A program made the position numbers and the translations under genes. The notes under the pieces were generated by a model that did not search any database, was not told the DNA's origin, and was given only the letters and a program-made list of their open reading frames with translations. From Legionellales bacterium (GTDB taxonomy: Bacteria; Pseudomonadota; Gammaproteobacteria; JAHCLG01), in assembly GCA_026125385.1 (NCBI GenBank), contig JAHCLG010000008.1:930-64929 (forward strand): DNA of 64,000 nt. The letters are read 5' to 3'. The stretch's first letter is position 1. Each line of letters starts with the position of its first letter. Positions 9,625-17,700 of this stretch are shown here, piece after piece.

Positions 9625-10128
9625 TTAACTTAAAATAGATCGTATTGTTGCCAACGTTATCATGAGTGTCATGGGTTGGATGGGAGATTCTACAAACCCG
9701 CGAGAAAGATAAAATTGCCGAGCAGGAGCGGATAATGCATGAACTAAAATAGCAAAAACACCGGTATTACTGGCGACGGTTACTGTACGAATTAACGCAT
9801 CGCGTAATAATGCGCTACCTAATCCCATATTATGAAATTGTTGATCAATCGCTAATCTTCCTAATAATAAGATAGGCAATGGATCAGGCATATTGCGTTG
9901 TAGAGCTTTCGGTGCAACTTCTCTGCATAAAGCACCCGTTGATAAACTATAATAACCAACGACCTTTTTTCCCTGACATAATACAAAGCAGCGTGATGCA
10001 CCAGTCATGTGATTCTTTAACGCACGCTTTTTCAACCATTCGTCGAGTGATGGTTCGCCACACCTAAATTCGTCTACGATATGTTCAAAAGTAATTGGGA
10101 TGGGCGCTAATAAATCAAGCTCGCACAT
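9625..10128 (-). CDS. GNAT acetyltransferase toxin (TacT-like)
   Basis: 167 aa with a GNAT core (QFHNMGLGSALLRDAL). Start ATG overlaps the stop of the upstream DUF1778-type gene (ATGA), the standard TacA-TacT architecture. Confidence 0.8.
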   Translation of the reverse strand: MCELDLLAPIPITFEHIVDEFRCGEPSLDEWLKKRALKNHMTGASRCFVLCQGKKVVGYYSLSTGALCREVAPKALQRNMPDPLPILLLGRLAIDQQFHNMGLGSALLRDALIRTVTVASNTGVFAILVHALSAPARQFYLSRGFVESPIQPMTLMITLATIRSILS

Positions 10129-10406
10129 TATTTCTTTTTATCCCAAGGCGCCTGAGTGTTGAGTAAGCGTTTTAATTTATCGGTAGCAGGAAGAGGTTGA
10201 TCAAGCAATGCCTGCAGTTTTGCGAATTGTTCTGCATTTACCATAAAAAAAGCTTGGTCGAGTAAAACATCTTCGGCGCGCTGACAGGCAGCATCTAACA
10301 TAAACTCAGAACGACTACGTCCTTCTCGTTCTGCGGCTTGATCAATTAAATCACGTTGATACACTTTGGCTCGAATGTTAATAGGAACAGAATTTTTATT
10401 TAACAT
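10128..10406 (-). CDS. DUF1778/TacA-type antitoxin
   Basis: INIRAKVYQRDLIDQAAEREGRSRSEFMLDAACQRAEDVLLDQ matches the RHH DUF1778 pattern. ATG at 10406 with GAGGG 8 nt upstream is preferred over TTG at 10421. Confidence 0.8.
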   Translation of the reverse strand: MLNKNSVPINIRAKVYQRDLIDQAAEREGRSRSEFMLDAACQRAEDVLLDQAFFMVNAEQFAKLQALLDQPLPATDKLKRLLNTQAPWDKKK

Positions 10407-10435
10407 AATGAGTGCCCTCAATGACTTGTACTCGT

Positions 10436-10470
10436 GTAGATTGGGTTGAACAATTAGAAAACCAACCTTG
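10436..10470. repeat. 34-nt hairpin element copy 2 (in the tacA 5' leader)
   Basis: gtagattgggttgaacaattagaaaaccaaccttg aligns with 8398-8432. Confidence 0.5.
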
Positions 10471-10496
10471 TTCTCTGAAAACTAATGTATACAATA

Positions 10497-10525
10497 ATTA
10501 TACACGTATGTATATCAATGTTCAA
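10497..10525 (-). promoter_or_regulatory. Sigma70-type promoter for tacA-tacT
   Basis: Minus strand reads TTGAAC, 17 nt, TATAAT, followed by the palindrome TGTATACA (possible operator). Confidence 0.45.
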
Positions 10526-10543
10526 CACGGTTTTGCAGAAATT

Positions 10544-10576
10544 AAAAAAAACCTGGGTTGCCAAAGACAACCCAGT
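10544..10576 (-). terminator. Rho-independent terminator
   Basis: Minus strand reads CTGGGTTG tctttgg CAACCCAG followed by T8. Confidence 0.75.
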
Positions 10577-10764
10577 AATTCACTTACGGGTAACATAAAC
10601 AGTCGCACAACGCCGAAGTCTTTCCCAAGGATAATGCTGTTCCCTAGCATGACACTAAGGTTACTCCCCCTACAGAATTTTCCGTAGTGTTGCGTCACCA
10701 AAATCCCTAGTAACGTTATGCTCAATTAAATTATCGGATGCGTTTTCAAAAACTTTAGGGGTAA

Positions 10765-11964
10765 TTAAATGGGTTTCGGGCCTGTGTATATGACACTATT
10801 ACTGTCAGAAGACGGCGAGTTTATCAGCAGCATACCGCAGGCTACAAGGCACGCTAATACCAATATCCCTTTGATCGCACGCTGAATTGTTGGAGAATTA
10901 GCCCCAGCCTCAAGCGCTGTCGTTAAACATCTCCCCGCTGTTTGCGCACAGCTTTCCGTCTGTGTTTTTTTATTTTGATTTTTACGCTTTTTCCGAGTAC
11001 TTGAACTCTGTGGTGGTTGTAATGAGTTAGAGTTTGAATCTGCTGTTGGCGATGACTTTGATGGAGTCCCATACTGTACTAAATTAATTACTTGGTTAAA
11101 AGCTGTGGCGTGAACAAAACTTGGCGTTCCCACTTTATTTGCTGCATTTTTTGAGAAAAAACCTTGTGAAGTGTTTGTTGTACGCCGAGTAGAAACACTA
11201 CCGCTAGAATTGTTGTGGTCATAAGCTGACGTACTACTGGATGCTAACCTGCATGGTGCTTGATTGCTTGCCTGCGCCATCTCTGATCTATTTACCGTAC
11301 TAGCCCTAATTCCCACATGACCTGCATAAGTATTAGGATCGGGTTGATAAGTTTCCTTCTTAAGCAAAGCTTCGCGCTTTTCTTGTAGTTTTTTCAAATA
11401 CTGTTGTGCTTCATCACTCAATTCGTCTAACGTAATCGTTCGGCCGATCAAATGTATAAGCGGTTGACCATCATCTTCTTCATTTCTCACTTGCATACTA
11501 GCAAAGGGATGGAAATATTGCTTAAGCGTTACATACTCAATCAAATTGTTTGCATAGTTTTCACAGGCCTGTTCTGAATTATTGGGATTTTGATTTTTAA
11601 CAATAGTCCATAACTGTTGAATAGCATTAATGCGGTAACAATGTGATTGTATATCGGGTTCGATCCCCAAAAGCCATGTTTGGCATTTTTCTTGTAAGGT
11701 ATCGAAACGTTGGATCCAATTTTCCACATCATTATCATGGGGTAATGGGCTCTTTTCAGCTACGACTAAATCATGCGGCGCGGCTTGCAATAATGCATCG
11801 TAAGCTTGTTTTATAGCTTGGCTATCTTTTTCACGTTTTTGTTGTGTTGCTGCGAATTGTTGTATTTCTGCTCGTGATTTATTAATAACCTCTTGATCGT
11901 GTAATGATAATGGTAGTTCTTGTTTTTGAAGTGGTCTGCTGTATAGATGATTTTCGCTGTACAT
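10765..11964 (-). CDS. Orphan 399-aa protein with S/T-rich region, basic KKRK cluster and C-terminal TM
   Basis: Clean ORF. Helical N-half, Ser/Thr/Asn-rich tract, TRKKRKNQNKK, then ILVLACLVACGMLLI near the C-terminus. No family recognised. Confidence 0.65.
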   Translation of the reverse strand: MYSENHLYSRPLQKQELPLSLHDQEVINKSRAEIQQFAATQQKREKDSQAIKQAYDALLQAAPHDLVVAEKSPLPHDNDVENWIQRFDTLQEKCQTWLLGIEPDIQSHCYRINAIQQLWTIVKNQNPNNSEQACENYANNLIEYVTLKQYFHPFASMQVRNEEDDGQPLIHLIGRTITLDELSDEAQQYLKKLQEKREALLKKETYQPDPNTYAGHVGIRASTVNRSEMAQASNQAPCRLASSSTSAYDHNNSSGSVSTRRTTNTSQGFFSKNAANKVGTPSFVHATAFNQVINLVQYGTPSKSSPTADSNSNSLQPPQSSSTRKKRKNQNKKTQTESCAQTAGRCLTTALEAGANSPTIQRAIKGILVLACLVACGMLLINSPSSDSNSVIYTGPKPI

Positions 11965-12085
11965 AATATTTTCGTCTCGTTATTATAATTTTAGGTCAAT
12001 TAGCTTACAAAATAGCATATTTTGTACCCAATCACAACCAGCTTTAATAGGAATGTAAGATAAATTAGGCTTAATCGAGCGCAGA

Positions 12086-12174
12086 GTAGTCTGGATCGGA
12101 GCAAAGCTGCGATGCAGGATCGACGTTTTTAAATTTCTCGGATCCTGGATCTCCGCTACACTGTGATCCAGACT
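12086..12174. repeat. REP-A copy 3 (full length, 89 bp)
   Basis: gtagtctggatcggagcaaagctgcgatgcaggatcgacgtttttaaatttctcggatcctggatctccgctacactgtgatccagact aligns along its length with copy 1. Confidence 0.75.
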
Positions 12175-12259
12175 TGCTCTAATGCAAATAAGTGATAATA
12201 ATATTTTGCTTGGACCATCATAAACCTCATAAACCGTTTTTTTCCTCAAAGGAACCTAA

Positions 12260-13195
12260 ATGAACTTATACCGAATTAATTTAAATTTACTAATCGCACT
12301 CGATATATTATTAGCTGAAAAAAATGTAACTGTTGCAGCAAAAAAATTATTTATTACCCAAGCCGCTATGAGCAATAACTTACAACAACTGCGTGAACTT
12401 TTTAAAAATGAATTACTCCGGCGGGAAAAAAATCAAATGGTGTTAACTCAATATGCCAAAGAGTTACAACCCAAGTTACATCAAGTTTTACAAGAATTAC
12501 ATAATTTAATTGCGAATGGCCAAACTTTTTCACCAGAAAATTCGACACGGATATTTAAAATTAGTATTTCAGATTATATGGCGACACTCTTATCACCAAA
12601 ATTATTAGCTCATTTAAAAGATATCGCGCCCAACATTCATTTAAAATTATCGACTGCGTATTATTTAGGCCACGCGGAGCCATTTGAACAAGGCGAATAC
12701 GATATGGGTTTAGGAAAATTAATTACGGCATCTAATCAGGTTGAGGAAGAGTTATTATTCCATGATTCTGTCGTATTCGTGGTACATCCTAAACATCCAT
12801 TAGCCCAAAAACGCCACGTAAGCCTGGAAGATTATTTAGCCTATCAACATATCGCGGTGACTGCAGATGATCCGCGGATTACTACCATCATTGAACAAGA
12901 ACTCGCGAAATACTGTCATCAACGCAATATTAAAATGAGCATGCCGTATATTGGTCCTCTATTTAAAATTATTGCTAATGATCCCTTGTTAATTGGCACC
13001 GTCATTAAAAGTGTGGCGTGTGAATATCGCAAATACTATGACATTGTTATTAAGGAATTGCCATTTGATTTAGCCCCCATCGGATTCCATTTGGTGTGGC
13101 ATAAACGCAGCAACGATGATTTAGGACATCAATGGCTACGAGAACAGTTTCGTTTAATCACTGCCGATTTAAGCCAAATTATTTGTGCTAAATAA
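12260..13195 (+). CDS. LysR-family transcriptional regulator
   Basis: N-terminal HTH LNLLIALDILLAEKNVTVAAKKLFITQAAMSNNLQQLR plus a ~200-aa substrate-binding-type domain, 311 aa. Confidence 0.9.
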   Translation: MNLYRINLNLLIALDILLAEKNVTVAAKKLFITQAAMSNNLQQLRELFKNELLRREKNQMVLTQYAKELQPKLHQVLQELHNLIANGQTFSPENSTRIFKISISDYMATLLSPKLLAHLKDIAPNIHLKLSTAYYLGHAEPFEQGEYDMGLGKLITASNQVEEELLFHDSVVFVVHPKHPLAQKRHVSLEDYLAYQHIAVTADDPRITTIIEQELAKYCHQRNIKMSMPYIGPLFKIIANDPLLIGTVIKSVACEYRKYYDIVIKELPFDLAPIGFHLVWHKRSNDDLGHQWLREQFRLITADLSQIICAK

Positions 13196-13246
13196 AACGA
13201 TATTTGTTCTGGCTTAAAAAGACTGCTGTCACCTAACCTTCGTTGA

Positions 13247-13372
13247 TATACTCAAAACAATTGGATTTTAGGCGAGGCGTCGAGTTAAAGATGCGAAGGA
13301 GTGTATACTGAATACATGACTGAGCAGCTTTAGCTCGACAACAAAGCCTAAAATTCAAGTGTGAAGAGTATA
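13247..13372. mobile_element. MITE-C copy 1 (126 bp)
   Basis: Identical base for base to 47823-47948. Terminal inverted repeats tatactc...ttttaggc / gcctaaaa...gagtata, inner stem gtcgagttaaag / ctttagctcgac. Flanks are compatible with a TA duplication. Confidence 0.8.
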
Positions 13373-13547
13373 GCTCGAGCAATCATCAGGGTTTAACGAT
13401 TTTTGCGGAGGATTATTCTGGCATAAATGAAGAAACGAGCGCTATTTCCCCGCTGATTAGAGCATCACTCGATTTTATTTTTTAAAGTATCGCCTTTTCA
13501 AGCATGATCGGTATACAATAAAAGTCTTAGATCAGGATGATTACCCC

Positions 13548-14690
13548 ATGAATAATGCCAAGCAAGCCGCCATTTTAAGTATTCTATTTGTATTTTTAAC
13601 AGGAATGGGTTTAGCACTCCCCTGGGTAGCTTTACCGTATTTAAGTTATTTTTTTAACGTGCCCTTTTATTTTTTGCCTTTGGCTGTGAGCGCTAACTTT
13701 TTAGGGTTTATCGTCTCGTTAATCTATTGGCCGCGAGCATGGCAAGGTTGCACGATTAAAACACCTCTGCGCAATGCCATTCTTCTCGCTATCGTAGGTG
13801 CCAGTATAGCGATGTTTGCCCATCATTATAGTGTCTTTCTGCTTGGCAATGTAATCTTAGGCGCGAGTTTAGGAAGTGTGGTGACCTTTAACAGTACGTT
13901 TATTATTCAGCAAACTATCTTCCGCTTTATCAATCATTTTTCCTTACTAGCCGTATTATTTTCTTTATTTTTAGGCACCGTATTATCCGGTTATATTTTT
14001 ATTTATCTCGATTGGCGTCCCCTCTTTGCTGGTTTTATTTTATTAGCATTTTTCTATTTGTTAATTATTTTTTATCTAAAACCAGAGGTTACTCTTAATA
14101 GCGTTATCCCAAACTCGGGAAATTTATTACCAACTCAATTAGTATGGCAATATGGTTTAATTGATGGATTACTGCATGGTTATGTGCTCGCCTATCTTAT
14201 CGCCATGCCGGAGTGGTACGTAAAACAATTGCAACTACCGTATCAAATCTATGCTTGGCTCGCATTCTTTCCATTAGCAAGTTATTATCTTGGCACCCGG
14301 CTCATGCAGTTCCTTCGTCAACGCTTTTCACCTTATCCCTTATTATTTACCATCGTATTAATTGCATTTTTCACGACGTTATTATTATCGGCATTCGCCT
14401 TATTAAAAGATCCCACAGTAAGTTCTATCACCCTGATTATGTCACTTTTTGCGTTGGCAGCCGGTATGATGAGTTCGCTATTTTATTATCTTGCTCTCCT
14501 TAAATTATCCAAAGCAGCCACTATTATTACGATGTCACGAATGAGTTTTGCCGCAGGCCTACTGTTAATTACCACCCACCTGAGTTTAAATTCTTACTGG
14601 GAATTAACGTTATATACCAGCATTACTTCTATTATTCTCTTGTTATTATTTTATGGCTGCAAATCATCTCCGCCCGCCCCTAAAAATTGA
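13548..14690 (+). CDS. Polytopic membrane protein, divergent MFS-like
   Basis: 380 aa with about 10-12 hydrophobic helices. No canonical MFS loop motif seen. Confidence 0.7.
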   Translation: MNNAKQAAILSILFVFLTGMGLALPWVALPYLSYFFNVPFYFLPLAVSANFLGFIVSLIYWPRAWQGCTIKTPLRNAILLAIVGASIAMFAHHYSVFLLGNVILGASLGSVVTFNSTFIIQQTIFRFINHFSLLAVLFSLFLGTVLSGYIFIYLDWRPLFAGFILLAFFYLLIIFYLKPEVTLNSVIPNSGNLLPTQLVWQYGLIDGLLHGYVLAYLIAMPEWYVKQLQLPYQIYAWLAFFPLASYYLGTRLMQFLRQRFSPYPLLFTIVLIAFFTTLLLSAFALLKDPTVSSITLIMSLFALAAGMMSSLFYYLALLKLSKAATIITMSRMSFAAGLLLITTHLSLNSYWELTLYTSITSIILLLLFYGCKSSPPAPKN

Positions 14691-14769
14691 CATCGTGCGC
14701 AATCTTGGCTACACTTTAAATATATTGAAAATAAAAAATCCGACTTAAAACAACAGGATAACAATAATA

Positions 14770-17700
14770 ATGCCCTCGCATCCTTCCAGTACGCTACAAA
14801 CAATTTATTATGATGATTTTTGGTATGAAGTATCGGAATTATTTAACCCATCTAACGACATTCCTCCAGAGCAACTTTATAAACGATTTGCTGAATTAAT
14901 TCAAAATATTCATCCTGCGTTGGCCATTCGTCATTTTCCAGTTACGTTCGATCTCGTCAATTTGCGACATTATTTACAGACATTCCAGCAAGTGGAATCT
15001 GTGCCCATACTTAATTTACTCGATACCCTGGGTTTAAGCTCACGTGCGTTAGTCACCTATGCATTTTTGATCCGCCCAACCACCGAAAAAACGGAATTCC
15101 CCTATCGCCCGCGAACTGAGCTTGAGTGGGAATGTTTTGCGGAATTATATCCGCATCATCTCACCACATTATTGTTTGATGCCGTGGTCAATGGTAACAA
15201 CGAAGAATTTAATTTAGCCACTCGCTTGGATTTTTTTAATCCTTTTGCCTATCTGCGGAATGTTCATCCCTATTTTACAGAAATTGATAATTCGGAAACC
15301 TTATCTACGGCTGAAAAAATTGCAAGAAAAGATCATCTATTAGTATTGCAAGATCGATATATTCAGAAAAACAATCAAGCGTGCTTGATAATTCGTCCCA
15401 ATAATGAGCATTTTACACTACCCGATCCCAGTACCCTATTAAAAGTTGTAGCAGAAATTGAAATCGAAATTCCTAAGGCATACGAAAATCATGATCAAAA
15501 AGTAATTAAATTATTTTTTCAATTATTAGCTTGGTTACATAATCAAAATTTAAATGAGTTATCGAATATTTTAGCAGCTAATCATGCAATTATCACAGAT
15601 AATGAGCAGTTAGTACAAACCGTATTTCGATTGACATATTTTTGTACCCATATTAAAAATATATTGCAACAGCTAGAGTCATGCAAAAATAACCCAGCTC
15701 AAGAACACGAAGCAAAACGACTCGAAGAAATCCTCACTCAATTTATGAAGGCGGCAAAAAATTCCGAGTTTATTGAGCAGGCTAACTTCTGCGCTAGAGC
15801 TGTAGCAGAACTACTCACTCAATTAGAATATCTACTTAATATTTCATTCCATCAAATCGCACTTAGTCAAGCTGAGCATCTTGTTTTATTGGGATTTTGC
15901 CAGCAGTATAATATTGATGAAATATTGGAAACTCATGTGGAAAAAATGCAATTATACGCAAACTCAGGGATCTCTGCGTCTTCAACTTACCTAGTCGACC
16001 CCTATCGTTTAAATTTATCGTCTTCTTATATTGCTGCATTATCCAAAAAAATGTTGCATCACTATCATCAAGCATTACGTTATCGATTTGCCACGATTTA
16101 TGATGCTTTGCAAAGCTTACCTAATCAAATAACCTATGAACAGCAAACATTGAAATTAATTACCATACTTATCGGTGAACTAAATGCTATCCAGCTTAAT
16201 TTACAGCCTTATGAAATAGTAGCTTTACTCACTGGATTTAGCCAGGCAAAACAATGGTGGGAAGCAGGAGCTGTTATTGAGGATGAACTCCCTGAGAATG
16301 AAATAGAAGCTATTTTAAAATCTTTAAAAGATCTTTCTTCAGCAGACGTTGCGAAGTACATTAATAGCCTAGATCAATCAAAAATTAGCGCTAAGCAATG
16401 GTATAACATTTTAAAAGCTGCTCCTGATAATGCATTATATTTAAAAAGTATTCCACCAGAAAAACGTTTAAAAATGGTAAAGCCTTCGGTTAATGAAAAT
16501 TTAAGACAGTTTTTTTTAGAAAATATTATTGCTGAAAAATTTGGTGAGCTAGTATATCCTACTATCGCAGAAATTCATGAACAAAGCCCATATCATCATC
16601 AACTCTATAATTTTTTAACAACCTATCATGACTTGACTGAAAATGAATTAGCGTTGCTAGATCGACTGCTCAATACTCCAGACGGATTGTATATAATTCG
16701 CGAAATTCTATCGACGCTGGATGTTAGTGATATTAATCCTCAGCGATTATTATTGCGCAACACATCAGGGGAAAGCATTTACAGCGCCTTTGCTCAAGAT
16801 CCTATTCTCAGCGAAGAATTTTGGGGAATTAAAACCTCACGTGATGAAAAATCATTCATTTTAGCCGAATTTGAATTAAGCGATTTGCAGGAATTAAAAG
16901 TATTTATTAGCTCAGGCGATAATAATATCCTATCAGTTGAAACAATGGAAAAAATTATTGCTATTGAGGAAACGGATTCAAAATGGCGTTATGAGGCATG
17001 TTTTAATTTCGATGAAACCAAAAGAATAGCAACATTATTGAGAAATTCGCATAAAACCCTATTAGCAAACAAGCTCAAATGGCCTAGAGAAAATAACGAT
17101 AATTTCCATTTAAGTAAAAATGCTGGGTTATCTGTCTGTATAAAAGCACTCAATCAAAGCAGCAATAACAATGAAATCATTAAAGAGTGGCGTTCCCAAA
17201 CTGAAAAATTATTAGCCACGGGAAGTGTTAGCTTTTGGTTGGGATTTCTGGCTGCTGATAATCTTCATACGCATCTTTTAATAGAGTTATTGTGTTATTT
17301 CAATGAAAATGAAGTTGAACTCTATAGCTATGATAATTTCTCATCATTACTTCGAGAAATTTTACAAAAAAATTATAATCCCCCATTGTATACGTTAATT
17401 GAAACATTTTTAAAACAACGATTAAAAATTCAATTAGAAGACTTTTCGCAAGATGATGTGTATTCTGCAGAAAGCCCAACTTATCTAGCTACAATTTCTT
17501 TATTGCGATCATGCAAGGAAGTAACCTATTCAATTTCACAACACCTTACAGATGATCCTTATTTAGGATCAAGAAATGCTAAGTTCTATGCGCGCATAGG
17601 TCTTGCGATTGAAAACGAAAAACAAATAATCACTAATCATGAAATTATATCTAATACTATTCTTAAGCGAGAAAATCCGACCGGTTTATTACATGTATGC

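Noticed and set aside
10412-10725. ORFs 10412-10687 (+) and 10522-10725 (-).
   Set aside because: Both run across the tacA promoter, the hairpin repeat and the T8 terminator. No ribosome-binding site is present.
11983-12249. 88-codon minus-strand ORF in the LysR upstream region.
   Set aside because: Most of it is the translation of the REP-A palindrome (12086-12174), and the translation is not protein-like.
14213-14503. 96-codon ORF inside the MFS-like membrane gene, same strand but a different frame.
   Set aside because: It is an out-of-frame ORF inside a long hydrophobic CDS, with no independent support.
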